From Tubulanus polymorphus (taxonomy: Eukaryota; Animalia; Nemertea): a DNA stretch of 64,000 nucleotides. The notes beneath the pieces were generated by a model. It did no database searches. It was not told where the DNA came from and saw only the letters and a list, made by a program, of their open reading frames with translations. The translations under genes were made by a program, and so were the position numbers. The stretch lies in contig NW_027437463.1 in the NCBI RefSeq assembly GCF_964204645.1, positions 25,944 to 89,943 on the forward strand. The letters are read 5' to 3'. Of the stretch, positions 23,330 through 37,645 are shown piece after piece. Positions within the stretch are counted from its first letter, which is position 1. Each line of letters starts with the position of its first letter.

Positions 23330-24327
23330 TTTTATGTTAAATATTCCATTGAGGTCTAAACACAATACTGTAGATAGAAGCATTGATAATATTCCAATGA
23401 CACAAGTCTCAGAAACTAAATTTCTAGGTCTTATCATAGACGATAAACTTTCCTGGAAATCCCATATTAATGCTCTATGCACCAAATTATCACGATTCAT
23501 TGGCAGCCTAAATCAATTTTTGACCAAAACAACTCTTTTTAAATTGTATAACTCTTTTTATCTACTGTCATCTTAGTTATTGCAATATTGCTTGGGGTTC
23601 TACATACCCATCCACCCCCAAAACGTTTAGAAATCTTACAAAAGAAAGCTGTACGTAGAATTTATAAAACCGACTATCTTGCCTCTACTTCACCCTTGTT
23701 TAAAGATGCAAAGATTTTGAAATTGATTGATATAATTTATCTCCAAATGTCTCAATTTATTCATCAATATGTTAACAATGAATTGCCAGATATCTTCAGA
23801 AATTTCTTCAAAGTTAATAAGTACTCGCCATAATACAAGATACAAAAAAACATTTCTAGCTCGATCCATTTAAAACAAACCTTAAACGGTTCTCTGTCAA
23901 AGTCAAAGGCCCAACTATTTGGAATCGTTTAGACAACAATATTAAATGCTCCCCTTCACTAAATTCATTTAGACGCAAAATTAAGGACGCACTTACCACG
24001 AGTTATTGATATCTCCTTTCTCAAAAAAATTTCTTATTTCTCAAAATGATTCTTAAGTTAGCTCTTTTTGAATATTCCTGACAAATATTTAGTGTATACA
24101 CCGTTTGTGTTGTACCGTCAATTTGTTTGTCCGGTTAATTGTTTGTCCGTCTCTTTGTTTGTCATGTTTTTCAAGTTTAATTTTCTAGGGTGTTATATCC
24201 TATAAGCACTGCTTCTTTATAACTTCCCTACTGATATATTGTAGTATTCTATATGATTATTCTTTTTTGAATTCTGTATATACTGTACTACAATTTACAG
24301 GAAATAAATAATAGATAAATAAATAAA
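23330..24327 (+). mobile_element. 5'-truncated non-LTR retrotransposon (CR1/L2-like) 3' fragment
   Basis: Broken RT C-terminus (KFLGLIIDDKLSWKSHI, YCNIAWG, LQKKAVRRI, GPTIWNRL) ending in an (AAAT)n-like tail at ~24302-24327. Confidence 0.8.
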
Positions 24328-25429
24328 GAATTAACAGATTGTCGTAAAACATTAAACCCACCGTTATGCATTTTTGACTGACAAAGAGTGCAGTAATGAC
24401 CCAAAATATTTCTATAAGCTTACTGCTGATAAATATTTCTATAAGCCTACTGCTGATGAAATATTTTTGTAACAGTTTATTTCATAATTTTGGATGTTTA
24501 AAGGCCTATTGGTTGGTCTAGCCATTAAGTGTTTTCTATGGCTGCTTCATGGGTGGTTTTTCGAGCTACTATTGAAGATTTTGTGGAGGAGCTCCTGGGG
24601 CAATGGGAACCCCTTCGCTTTCCTTTATTGAAAGATATTTAGGTGTACTGTGTATTTTACCAGCGATAGGCCCAAGTAGGTTATGAAAACTCTATTTTTA
24701 GATTTTGAATATTTGAAGTTTTGGAATCTAAATATAGAATTAGAAGTTTAAGACACATCGCTTTGACCTCAACCTAGAGACTTTCGGCAGGTGTGGCTCA
24801 GTTTTTATTGCCCAGGCGCTCGGAATTCTGTTTCCGGGTTCGTTCCTCATTTCGTGTTTCAGTCTTTATCTCCGATGGATCTTTTTGATCCGGTTCAGGA
24901 GGTCTGACTGTTAATTTGAGGTTATTTGTGATTTTCCCTGCTCTTTATCGGCATCTCAGGGTCAGGTCCTCGGCCGGTAAGCGCCTGGGCGAGTGTTTGT
25001 CAATCGGAACTCGTCCGGGAGACTCACTCTCTCAGTGCAGCAGATATTATCGACATGATTTTCATGTTTTGTTTTATCTGTTTATGAATATATATCCTGA
25101 TACGTATATATATGTGCATGTATATGTGTGTATGTGTGCATATGTATATGTGTACATGTTTATAATATAGTCCGTGCACTCCAGTTTCTAGTTCGGAATC
25201 CCTGGGCTGGAGTCAGATGTCTAATTTTTACCGGGCGTTTTTGCCTTTGTAGCCCAGGTTTAGCTCGGGTTTTTTCGTCCTTGTGCTATTTGCTGGGTGA
25301 ATTTTTACGTTTGTTGAACGTGCTTTTAGGCTTTTGCCTTTACACATTTTTTGGGAGCCATATCCACCGCATGGTGCTTGGCTAATCCTTCTAAAATTTG
25401 CCCCACGTAATGTATCCTGAAGGAAATAT

Positions 25430-25689
25430 CATAATTTTCCGCAATAAAATTTGTATTTCTGAGGGATACTTACGTGGGGCACAGGATATTCCCACCCGTC
25501 TTCCCCGCTCTTTGCGCAGAGTTTCAGAAGAAATTGAGTCTTGGGCCCGTGGCGGCGCCACCGTACGGTACGGGGTACTCCAAAAAATGTTTAGCGGAAT
25601 ATTTCCCAAACTAAGGTAACTTCTAAAATGTGCCCCATGTAAGTATCCCTCAGAAATACAAATTTTACTCCGGAAAATTATGATGTTTC
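25430..25689. repeat. Inverted repeat (MITE-like), ~60-bp arms
   Basis: AAAATTTGTATTTCTGAGGGATACTTAC.TGGGGCACA versus TGTGCCCCA.GTAAGTATCCCTCAGAAATACAAATTTT. Confidence 0.7.
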
Positions 25690-25907
25690 TAGCGCGAATA
25701 CTGATACTCAAGGCGTATGATATAATGATTTATTGTGTGCCATGTGTTCAATGATTCATGTAGTTTTGAAACCCGTGCATAAGGAAACATTCCATCAAGA
25801 TATCTGACGAAAGTCTGGTTTCAAATTATGGAAATTTACTCCTGTGAAAATATTGAATCGTCTGTGGACAATCTCTGTCAGTAATATTGGGTCAATATAT
25901 TGACGTT

Positions 25908-26685
25908 TTTATTAGGCCAGCCATGGGCTGAGCCTATAACTATACAAGTGGAGCGAATATAAATGGTTTCCAGAGTAAAGGCTCTTTGACTGTGCAACTG
26001 AGCATATATTCATACAAATCATTCATTAGAGCATTATCCATTCTCCAACCCCTATGAAGCTGAATTTTGAAAGAGGGCCTCGTTGAAATTTTATCTGTTT
26101 TAAAAAGCCAATCAGAAAGTCTCCTCTATGATTGGCTTAGCTGCAGAGATTAGCAGGTGTTCACGTGAACCCGCGGTATCGTCTACCGTTTTACTTCCGG
26201 GTTTTATTTTAAGATCTAAAATTGTATTTCAATATCCATTTCTGTGAAATCTTTAGTTGATTTGGTTTTTGGGAGGAATATTTTTATTTGTACTGCAGAA
26301 AATATTGACAATTGTGCCAAGTCTTGTGCAAAATAGCTTTTTCTCAAATCGGATGGATGACCTTGATATGCTAATTAGCCATGTGCTCAAATTGCAAATT
26401 CAATCCTTTTATTCTGCAAAAAAATATCAAATCCAATTCAATATTACTTTTTTGAACAAGGTTAAACATCAAATCCAATTCAATTTTGTTTTATTGAGCA
26501 AAATTCAGAAAATTCAATCTGTTCTACTTATGAAAACACGATCGAATTGTGTAAAATATTAGCCTGGGATTGACTAGTCTATGAGCTGGGAGTGTATTTG
26601 GACAAATCTAACCCCAAGAATGCATCATTTGCTGTATTATGAAAAGCTGACAGGCTGGTCATAGTGTCCCTTGGTGCTCTTGTTG
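25908..26685 (+). mobile_element. Non-autonomous Helentron/HINE-like repeat, copy 1 of 3
   Basis: Begins in a T-run then AGGCCAGCC; ends GGCTGGTC, short hairpin, CTTGTT. Homologous to 33708-35880 and 44163-44932. Confidence 0.65.
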
Positions 26686-26710
26686 AACATGAATGAGCCG
26701 CTTAAGCAAA

Positions 26711-27280
26711 TTGTGTTACCACAGTCAATTGGAAAGTTGTAGCTCATAACGTGTTCTATGATGATTTTGGTGAGTTTCAAGGTCATTGGTTTTTGTATAT
26801 GGCCACCAGGGGGCATTGAATAATACAATAACTTTGTATTGCTATATTATATTTGTACCTATGCATATTTTGTTACCACAATCAATTGCAAAGTTGTAGC
26901 TCATGACATCGTCTATGATTGCGGTGAGTTTCAAGGTCATTAGTTATTCTATATGGTCACCAGGGGCGTTGAATAGTAGAATAACTTAGTATTTCCTTAT
27001 TAGATTGGTACCTAGGTATATTTTGTTACCATGATCAATTGCAAAGTTGTAGTTCATAACATTTTCTATTATTGTGGCAAGTTTCAAGGTCATTGGGTTT
27101 CGCATATGGTTAACAGGGGGGTTGAATAGTAGAATAACTTAGTATTTCCATATTTAATTGGTTACGAGGCATATTTTGTTATCACAATTAATTACAAAAT
27201 CGTAGCTGCTGACATGTTCTATGATTGTGGTGAGTTTCGGGGCCATTGGTTTTTGTATATGGTCACTAGGGGGCGTTGAA
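26711..27280. repeat. ~153-bp diverged tandem repeat, about 4 copies
   Basis: TTGTTACCAC..TCAATTGCAAAGTTGTAGCTCAT..GTTTCAAGGTCATT..CACCAGGGG recurs near 26711, 26870, 27022 and 27176. Confidence 0.75.
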
Positions 27281-27840
27281 TTATGAAAGTGTTAGATCGT
27301 TTAGCATTTGAAACCACCACCCAAGTGGGCATGGTGTCCCAAGACCCCTAGTTATTTGAAAATCATTATTTTCTGGTTGGTTTGGATCAACAAGATTTTT
27401 TTCGCTACATGCGTCGTCCTCTACATATGCATGTGTGCAAATCTAATCTAAATATAATGTGTGAATATTTACTTTCTAGAAATGATACCACCATAGACAA
27501 TTCACCAATTTAGTTAATACAAAAGTCCTGCCTAGTTGAGCTCTATCTTATTACCCCTTCTAATTCAAGGCTTGTCAATTCTAAACAATACAAGGGAACT
27601 TAGTGTGTCTACATTGTATTGACAGAAAATACCGTCCATGCTGATGAAAGATAGGACCTATGTCCTTGGGCCCTTGATGGCTTGTCCTATATGTAATGTA
27701 CAGCCATCCGAAATCTACCTTCAGATATTATCTTGATCGGACACAACGGCTGCTACGGCCCTGTTATGTATGTTCCAACTGTCGATCTAAGCCTAAAAGT
27801 CATTCTTTATACAACCAATTGGTATTTTCTCATTCTAGTG

Positions 27841-27974
27841 ATGGCTGGTACAAATACTGATTCTGTTTTAAACTATTTAACACAAATTGAAGAACTTGCT
27901 GAAGATATTCTTGTCGACAAAGAGCGGCTGATCGATTTAGACAGAAGACGGCAGAAAACCCGAGAAGCAACACG
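27841..27974 (+). CDS. PDRG1: p53 and DNA damage-regulated protein 1 (prefoldin-like), coding exon 1
   Basis: MAGTNTDSVLNYLTQIEELAEDILVDKERLIDLDRRRQKTREAT(R); GT donor at 27975, phase 2. Confidence 0.88.
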
Positions 27975-29693
27975 GTAATATTTTTTGTTGCAATCACTAT
28001 TTTGTTGAGATATTTTGTATTAATGGGGAACTGCAGTGCCGAAACTAAAATCTCTCATTCATTGTTATTCAGCATGATGTTCAGTTCGGTAACAGTTAAA
28101 AATCCCCCCAAATTTTATTTCACTGTTGAAAAACTTTAATAGTTATCAAAAATTTCACATATTCCGTGGTGTTTTTTACAATATTCACCTTGGATAATCT
28201 GTGACTTTTACCAAGCTATGTGCATAAAAATGACATTATTCTGTGACTTTTAGCTAGCAACATGCATAAGAAATGATATTATCGTAGTTTCGAAAATTTC
28301 TATGAAGAAATCTAGTTTAAAAGTAATGCAGTAGACTCAGCTCAACTCGAATTCATTGGGACCAGAGAAAAATGCAACGAGTTAAGTGGAATTCGAGTTG
28401 GGGTTTTGGTGAAATTGGCAAAAAATTATTAAGAAATTGAACCTATATATACCATTCTGTATTGATCCTACAATCAGATGCTAAATAGAAATGATTTCGT
28501 AAAGCTTGTTTTGTCTCTTTTTTACCACCAAAAAAATTACTTGATGCGAAGAAAAATAACGATTCTAAACTGCAGCTTGAATCCTTGGTGAACTTTATGG
28601 TGCGAAAATAGACAAAACGACTTCAAAGATGACTTCAATGATAGAAAAATCAATAAACAATTGGCTGTTAATTTTCGGTTTTTGAATCGCGAGCCATGCT
28701 GGAGATTATGTATGTACTGAATGACTGAATGTCCCTGTTTGGGATGTTTTGTCTTTATGTGTAGAGTGGATCTTCTATTACATAATTACGAAGCAGTAAA
28801 CACACGCACACTATTACTCGATAATTGTGGTTGCTGCCGGGAAGAAAATAGTTCGCGTTGAACAGATATACGAGTTGAGCAATTTCGAGTAGAGTGAATT
28901 TGAATGTATGGTTTGACATAGGAGACAGAAAAAAAATTCTACACATGCCGAATTGAATGGATTTTCGACTTTTCGTCTACAGTAGTAAAATATCTTTGTA
29001 CCCTAAATATTATTGTAAAAAGTAGTATCTGTTTTCGTTTAGGGTTTTTAAGTTTGATAGAAAACTGAAAATTGGGGGGATTTTTACTGCGGGGTAAAAA
29101 CGAATAAAGGAAAGATTTATAATAAAGGACCCATGGTCCTTTATTATACTTTGGTCACTGACTCATGAAATAAAAGTATAAGAGTACCGCCGGCGTCAAG
29201 GTACACGAAGAACCGTAGCGTATTAACTTCCACTAGTCGCTGGGTATGATATATGTACCAGTGAGGGAGGTAAGTGTTCAGTTTCTTTTGATAGATTAAT
29301 GAATTACATCGAATGAAAAGGCCTTACTTTTTCATGACTGAACTTCGTTTGCCCAGTGAATCGGAATACAAACTCCTTTCAGCTATTTCGTTTGCTACTC
29401 GAGTCGTTTAGAAGAAAAATATAATCTGCCACCCCCTTCACTACTCAGTGGGCTTGCTAACCTTGCGATTGCGCAAGACCGATTAATGATGACGGCACCG
29501 ACTAATGCCAATGAGAGCTCTCCACATTTATCGGCTGTCCCTGAGTCTATTTTAATAGCGATAGTGAAAGTACTGATTATTACTGAATTAACAAATTAAA
29601 AGACCTTTTTTAGCTATATTGTTAAGAAACAGTGGGTTTGAATTGCCTTCTAATTGTCTTCTTATCTGTCGCTACATTTTGCGTGTGCATATG

Positions 29694-29935
29694 ACAGTTG
29701 CTTCGATAATTTTGATGGAACATTGCAGGCGTTTCAAACCTTCCCTTGAGTTGAGGGTGGCCAGACTGTATTTTGAGATGATAATATACGAACCGAATAT
29801 TTTAGTGTAATTTAGCAACAGTTGCTTCGATAATTTTGACGGAACATTGCAGGCGTTTTAAACCTTCCCTTGAGTTGAGGGTGGCCAGACTATATTTTGA
29901 GATACTAACTGAATATTTTAGTGTAATTTAGCAAC
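29694..29935. repeat. ~122-bp tandem duplication
   Basis: ACAGTTGCTTCGATAATTTTGA...TAGTGTAATTTAGCAAC present twice head to tail. Confidence 0.85.
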
Positions 29936-32900
29936 TTGCGATATTTGGTCATGCTTAATTAGTTGTTAGCATCAATAACACATATATTTTCTCTTTCTTT
30001 AGGTGGTGATCTAATGAATAGCAGTCATTACGGCGTTGCATGGAAGACCATAACCTAGATACATGTATAAGGGTGCGTCTAAACTATTGAAGATTCAAGT
30101 TATTGTAAAAAATTTACTTTTTATCTTGCGAATAAATAAAACATGTAATTTCGATATTAAAGTGTTACCTCACTATATTCAAGGTTGTTTGTCAACTTCG
30201 CTTTAATACCCCGCCCCCCCCCCCCCACCCATTACGAAGGCAAAGTTCAATGTTGTCACAGGGATTAATTTTTAAGATTTACATTGCCATAACTTATTGG
30301 GACCAAGTCAGCAGCAGAAAAGCCTAATTTTTGAACACTTATTTCACTTTCTTCCTTTTCTTCCCAGAGTATTATGTTGGTGAGATTCTCCTACGAGAGG
30401 CCGCCAGTTGCTGCTCTATTGTTTCGATATAAGCCCGCTTGCGACGGCAACCCGACGCCTACCAGGGATGATATTTTTCTTCTGTTCAGCGGATTTCCTT
30501 TTCAATCAATTTTTACCTTCATGACATATATCATCATATCGTAGTACAAGTATGACGTAGAGGTCAACGAGACGATACCCGCACAAAGGCTTGATCGTAG
30601 TGAACAAGCCGCATCAATTCATGCGTTCAATTTCAACTATATGCTACACAATGTTGGTCCACCAGTATGGAGTTTTTTACCTTCATGACGTAGTCATGTA
30701 TTTCCCTAAATTATTAGAAAATACTGATAGTAAGACCGCGGGAAAGTTTTTATCGTTGAATGGGCGAATCACGGCGGCAGAGTGCACCTGTGATAAGGCG
30801 GAAATAATTCCATGTGAAGGCAAAGCTTTTAAATAATAAGACAGTCGGAGGTGGTTTATCAACTTTTTTCAACTATAGTGCTGCTTTTTTCCCAATCAAA
30901 TTGCTAGATTTCGATGGTTTCTCATAAGTCAACACTTGTAATTCAAGTGTGATTTTGATGTGTGTAGAGATACATCGTGACTAGCGTATTGAATGGCGGC
31001 GCCATGTTTAAGCTGCGCGTTGATCGTTGAATAGTGGAATTATAGGGTGGAATTATCTTGATTGTATCCATACGAAGTTTATTAAAGGTTAGTGTCAACA
31101 AATGGTCCATTACAGTCCCTCTAATTTATGTGGAGAGACGCTCTTAACCGGCAAAACCGTGGTCTGTTTCGTGTTATCGTTGGCCTACGTGACTGACCTT
31201 GCTTGAGCGTTCGCTGCCGGTGCGCCGTTTCAAAGTTATGAATAAAGTATTATATAACTGATTGTTAATGACATACAACAAATAAACCTTTAAAGAAAGG
31301 TACCTAGTGTCTGACATTCTACTGAAAAATTCCGGATTGATTCACTGCATAGTTTGTTCATAGTGAGCATTTTAGTATATGAATCAATTAAGATGATTGA
31401 TGGACGCGGGTGCGGTTGTTTCAGCTGTTGAAGACGTTCGATGTAAACAATAATTTTAACCACGTGTGCGATGAAAACAGGGACATCAAACTAAGAAGCA
31501 CTGAATTTTTTGATTACATGTGATTTGAATAGGCGTTTGTGCTGGTTTTTCAAAAAGTCGAATCTTAATTGACCCCTATTGCACAGGCCTAAGCTAGGCC
31601 CTCTGGAATTGAATTGAATTTGACACAGTAATTCACCTGTAATTTGCGATGAATCTTTTTGAAAATAAGCTTGAAGATTGGGTCTGGCGAGATGTCCACC
31701 CACCCCTATTGTAAAAAATGTCATTGGTGATCAAATATGGCTGGGGTTGGCGTGGCCATCTTGAATTTCTTGTTTGCACCATGCAGCCCGCAATTCTTGA
31801 TGGATTTCCACAAAATTTGGTGTGAGGATCAGGGTAGGTAAGCTGTCCATGCCTTTTGTATATGGAGGTCATGGGCTTTCAAATATGGCCGCCAGGTCAG
31901 CCATCTTGAATTTCTAGCACGAAGCGAACTGCAATTCTTGATGCATTTTCATGATACTAGGTGTAATAATTTTTGGTAAAATGTCTACCCCTTATTGAAA
32001 ATTGAGTTCAAGTATGGCCACCAGAGTTGCTATCCATCTTGGATTTCTTATCAGCACGATGCCTACGCCAATTCTTGATGCATTTTTTCATGTAGTGTGA
32101 TCTTTGGGGAAGCTAGAACGGGCCTGTCTTTTCATGAAAGGATATATAAACAGAAAATGAACATTATCACCACATAGCCTATACCGTCTTAACTATTTTA
32201 AAACTTGTTACATCGTAACAATGTAAATCTTTCTGTAAAACTTTGAATACTGAATCATTCTTCTACTTCGTCATGAAGGTATAAGGCCCGTGGGCCTCTT
32301 GTTACTATTTCTCAGATTGATGCAAATCCGTTGCAAAAAATGGAGGGGGGTGGTGAGGATAATAGCATCTTAAGGATAGATTGGTACCATAAAAGCATTT
32401 CCCAATCAGTTTTTAAATGCGATCATTTTTGTTAGCGGCATGTGTATGCTAACAAAGTTTTATCTATCTGTTGCCCGAACGTGGTCTGTGGATATATGTA
32501 GGCTACATTAATGATTTTTCACCGAGTGTTGCTAGTGTAGTGCTATAACACGGCTTTTGCGGCCCATAACGTGGCGCTGCATACATTGATTTCTTGTGCA
32601 AATGAATAGGTGATGACCATCCTGACTCGTCTTGGAACTAGCAGTGTCTTAACGGTAAAACGTGGACGATGTAGTTTGATTTTTTGAGCTAAATTTCAAT
32701 GTGAAAACTGCTGAAAAACGATCTGAGAGGATGTGAAGAACCAAAATTTTTTCCAAAAGAGATATATTTATTTGCAAAAATTTAGATCTATTCTCAAAAT
32801 TCCATCATTTTGCCATCTTTAATCGGTAAAGTTGCCAGTAATGGTAAGGGACAAAAGCAGGCGAGCAAATGGGAGGATCTCGTATCCCGCTCATCGGCCT

Positions 32901-33048
32901 CAGTTGCTTTGATTCGGAGTGCAGTCGACATAAGCTGGGGTGCGATGGCGGTTGCTCTCAGTTGCGTTGGGTTGTCGCGTCGCTTGTCGACATAAGCCAG
33001 CTTTTAGACCTCTCATGAACATTTGATACTTAAAATTCTCCTAGTTAA

Positions 33049-33335
33049 CCCTTTCAGTGCTGACCAATCAATACCCTATAGTGCGGGAGATAAATTGAAA
33101 ATTTAAAAAAATTACACCCCAATGTGTTGAATAACAAGCGTACCACTACAGTGCGTCTACACCCGGCACGGTGTAAGGTGAGTTACTAATATTTCACTAT
33201 GTTTGACAGGTGCTGTCATCTTTCGATAGAGATAAAAACTAATTACTAATTATATCAATACACTGCAGTCCAGTGTACTAGCAAAATCCATCACGGATTC
33301 ATACATCGCACTGCGGTATAGACGCACTGAAAGGG
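33049..33335. mobile_element. piggyBac-like MITE
   Basis: TTAA-CCCTTTCAGTGC ... GCACTGAAAGGG-TTCA (right TSD has one mismatch). Confidence 0.65.
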
Positions 33336-33707
33336 TTCAATTAAACAAAAATGGTATTCCTGGAGTCATGCTGAAGTTCTTTTCCAGCTAACTCGAAATC
33401 CAACTTCAAGAGAAATTCAAATTTGAATTAATCTCAAAAATTAACACGGAATTCCAGGAGGTTCGATTTTAGGTTTTATACTTTATCTTCTGTATATTAT
33501 TGACTGTATCAACAGTTCAAAATTATTTCAGTTTGTAATGTCTGCAGATGATACTAATGCCTTCATATCCCATGAAGATATGAAATCTCCGGAATTATCT
33601 AAGTAGATACGTGGTTTAATAGTTTATAGACGTTCACCTAAAAAACTCAAGAAAAGTGAATTGAAAATATCTATATATGGAATGATGATAAAGTTTATAG
33701 AACCAAT

Positions 33708-35880
33708 TTTTAGGCCAGCCATAGGCTGAGCCTATTACTATACAAATGGAGCGAATTTAAATGACATGGTTTCCAGAGCAAAGGCTCTTTTACTGTGCAA
33801 CTGAGCATATATTCATACAAATCATTCATTAAAGCATTATCCATTCTCCAAACTCTACGTAGCTGAATTTTGAAAGAGGGCCTCGTTAAAATTTATATGA
33901 GCTTTTTCACGAATATCTGATCGCAAAAATATTGGTTTTGAAAAACCAATCAGAAAGCAAAGACTCCTCTATGATTGGCTTAGCCGCAGAAATCAGCAGG
34001 TGTTCACGTGAACCTGCGGTATCATCTACCGTTTTACTTCCGGGTTTTATTTTAAGATCTAAAATTGTATTTCATGATCGATTTCTGTGAAAGCTTCAGT
34101 TGATTTGGTTTTTAGGAGGAATATTTTTATTAGCACTACAGAAAATATCATTGGCCATTGTGCAAAGTCCGGGAAAAATTGCTTTTTCTTAAATCGGAAA
34201 GATGACCTTGATATGCTAATTAGCCATGTGCTCCAGCTACAAATGCAATCAAATTTTATTCTGCAAAAAAATATAACATCCAATACAATTTTTCTTTATT
34301 GAACAAAAAATAACATCAAATCCAATTCAATTTTTTTTATTGAGCAAATTTCAGAAAATTCAATTCTATTCCGCATTAAAATCAATAGGGTAACTGACAC
34401 TTTTTTTTAAATTTCAAAATATGATGTATTCTATTGATCTATACACTCATCTTCAACCGTTCTGTACCAAAATGTTTAGTTTACGCGCAATTTGTGATTT
34501 TGAAACTAGATTTTTGACCTCATTTCGTTGTTTACATCGCTTACTGTTCAGCGTCGGCTAAATCAGCAGGTGCGCGCTGCAACGTCATTACAGGCAGAGC
34601 TGAGAAATAGCGTCTATAGAAATGTGTTAGATTTTGAGGAAGCTGCGTGTATTTTCTGTTATATCTCAATGCCAGATTGTTTTACAGCTTTGAAACTGGC
34701 CAGGGAGGCAAAAGGATCTATTGTCTATAGCATGAACCTATTTCAAAGAATCAATGAGTAATTTGAATAGGCTAAATCGATCAAATTGAAGAAGCAGATT
34801 TCAATCCGCTGCTATGAAGCTATTAAAGTACACTATGCTAAGCTCTCAGCACTGATACTGCTGCTGCATAGTTCACCTATAGTTCAGCACCACAAGAACA
34901 CTACACAGTGTCTTTCTTATAAGCGATCACAGATTTCGATCTCGCTAAAGAATAAATAGATTTATATTCGTTTACTATTTACTATTTTTCATAGTCATTT
35001 AAGACTATAGTTTGAAAACTAAACATTTCAAAACTCTACAAAAACTTTCATAAATTTCTACAAATATTCAAAGGAATAATGTTTTTCGATTAAAGTTTCA
35101 CGCTGCAGAAGAGTTTTGATAGATAACATCACAAATCTTTCACAAACGTTATTTCTAAGTTTTAAAATAGGAATGATGAGGAAATATTCTAATTTTGTGA
35201 CCAAAGTCGCTACCAATACCAGGTATATTTCAAGAAAACAATTGAAATTGTTCTTGCGGCTAATTCAGTCTAAGTTTCATCAGTTCATAAGTCAAAATAT
35301 TCTTAGATCTAACCATGATCTTACTATCACTAAATGATAATACAAAACGATGATTTAAACATCCGTGGTCCTTGCTGTCTACTAGAAAATGCCATGGATT
35401 GCTATTCAAATCCTATTTTTGCACTTAGTTTGAACGGATATGGTCCGTTCAACAGCTAATTATAATCATTAATATGTAGACTTTCAAAATCAAGAGGCAT
35501 TTTGTCTCAATTCGAATGCCAAATAGGTATAAAATTAAGTTGAATTGCACTTGTAGCTTATTTCCTATTCATTTCTATAGACATCATTTCCGAGCCGTCA
35601 CTTTAGTGACGTAGTTCTATTAATAGACACAGTACCACGCGTTCAGCAGAAGCAATGTATACACTGAACAGGTGCGCGAACATCAAAATCATCAATTCTG
35701 ACTAGATTGAAAAGATTTTTCCAATTATAAAATCACCTAGCCTTATTGTATACTATAATATATCGTTTAGTGTAAAAAGTAGAAAATCTTTGAAAAAGTG
35801 TCAGTTACCCTATAAGACCAAGGGAAAAGATTTATCTGAGGTATTTGTTCCTGCCAGATCCAGTCGCTGTCTGTGCTACT
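33708..35880 (+). mobile_element. Helentron/HINE-like repeat copy 2, split by a nested TIR element
   Basis: Homology to 44163-44830 stops at AATCAA (~34385) and resumes at TAAGACCAAGGG (~35813). Confidence 0.7.
34386..35812. mobile_element. Non-autonomous TIR DNA transposon (~1.4 kb)
   Basis: TIRs TAGGGTAACTGACACTTTTT / AAAAAGTGTCAGTTACCCTA; the empty site is visible in the 44.7-kb copy of the host repeat. TSD and superfamily are ambiguous. Confidence 0.8.
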
Positions 35881-35896
35881 TTTGTATTCTACGATT

Positions 35897-36277
35897 CTAA
35901 TACTACGCCCCAGTGTTATAGCTTCCGCGGCCATACATTGGAAGAGGTTTCGTTCTAAGACTCAATATTCAGCCACCCTCTGATATGTGACATCATATGA
36001 ATTTTATTAGAATATTTTTTCATCTGGAAAAATATTTTTTTGAAAATATGAAATAGTTTCCCTGCTGCGCCTGCCTGTACCCTACGAAATTTTGGACGTA
36101 GACCATAAACAAATGTTTATCTTTGGTCTACAAAATAATTCTTTAAGAAAGATAGAATACAATATAAACTTCTAGAACTTTGAAGTCACGAATTAAAAAG
36201 ATTTTTCAAGCAATGCCTTTCCTCCAAACAACACTAGCTTTCAAGGTAAACCACACTTTGCCCATGGGCAATTTATT
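35897..36277 (+). repeat. Dispersed repeat, second copy at 46851-47243
   Basis: CTAATACTACGCCC...CAGCCACCCTCTGATATGTGACATCATATG...GCCCATGGGCAATTTATTTT shared by both sites. Confidence 0.8.
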
Positions 36278-37213
36278 TTTCCGTGTGATGGAATAAGACA
36301 ATGATTTACAGCGAAATATAAGGCGGCATGTAGTAGCAATGTGTATTTATGAATCGATCAGTGATTATTATAGTAGTACAGACCATAGATGTTGCATGCA
36401 AGGATCCCACAGTACAGGGAAATTGGGAAAAATTTCTGAAATTCATTTACATTTCACATAGGCCTATTGCATTTGCCAAGGGAATTTTCTTCAGCGATTT
36501 CCCTTGAAAATCATATTTATCAACCAGTCACCACTAAAATGTTGACTGTAGTATGATGGTATCTGTTCATTTTCCACTTGGGAAAATTAAAAAATCACCC
36601 ATGAAATACTTGGGAAAACCTTTTTATTAGGATGACGGTACGTAGTACACGTCGTCCTATTGTTATCGTGAAATCCGTCATGTCAAACGATTACGTCCGT
36701 TTAACGCCACACATTCTATGCGTCTGGAACTTTCACAGTCGCTTAAATATGAAACATAGAAGGTCGAGTTCATATATGGTGAATTTTTGTTATTTGGTTG
36801 ATTAAGTATTGGCGAAATAAAAAAATTGAAACTCTAAAGTAGCGTCACCCCTGTCTAGAAATAAAACTGTATTAGTCCGTGCTTAAAATAGTGCCACGCA
36901 TACATTTTTGAAATAGCACTTTACATAGGCCTATTCCATGATTTAGTTGTATATTTCTGTATTGTCGTTTATTGCCTGAAATTTCCGTATTTCCTTGGTG
37001 TGTGTGTCAGCGGATTAATTGAATGTTTAGGCATTGGTGATATGGACTCAGCGAGTACACGTGCTACATCGATTCAACATTAGCTGCTGAATCGATACTC
37101 GTACGTCGAGCAACGCCGAAACTATGTTACTATTACTAGTAAAATGATTTATCGTCATTAATTCTTTTGGACTTTCTCGTCAGCGATCGGTTTTTAGAGC
37201 CCGATTATGTGTA

Positions 37214-37587
37214 TGTGGAGACCACGAATTGGTATTGTATTATACCTATAGAATACCTATAGACCTACGTATTATAATCCAAGTCTTTACAGCACTTCGA
37301 TGACCGCATTGTACTTGTCACGTGATTTCAGTAACAACGGAAGCTTTTCCCTTGCCTCGTTCATTTTACGTGCAAGTCGCGGTAGGAGCTGCTTGGTAAA
37401 TTTTGTTATCCCGGAATCATAACGTGTCAAAACGTGAAGTGAATTATTGCGAATATTGTCGTCTGGTCGTCTCCAGTCGTGGAGAACTGAATCGAACTCC
37501 GCAATAAAAGTGTATTGAAACTGAAATAAACATATTTGTACCAAGAAAGAACTTGTCACTCGCGTCATCGGGATATCAGCCGTTACA
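37214..37587 (+). repeat. 5' LTR
   Basis: TG...TTACA with AATAAA signals near 37503 and 37526; the first 88 bp match 43090-43177. The 3' end is inferred from the CA terminus. Confidence 0.7.
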
Positions 37588-37645
37588 GTTTGACACGAGA
37601 TCCCACGATTGACACGTATCATCGAAGATCACGCGTTCGACACTA

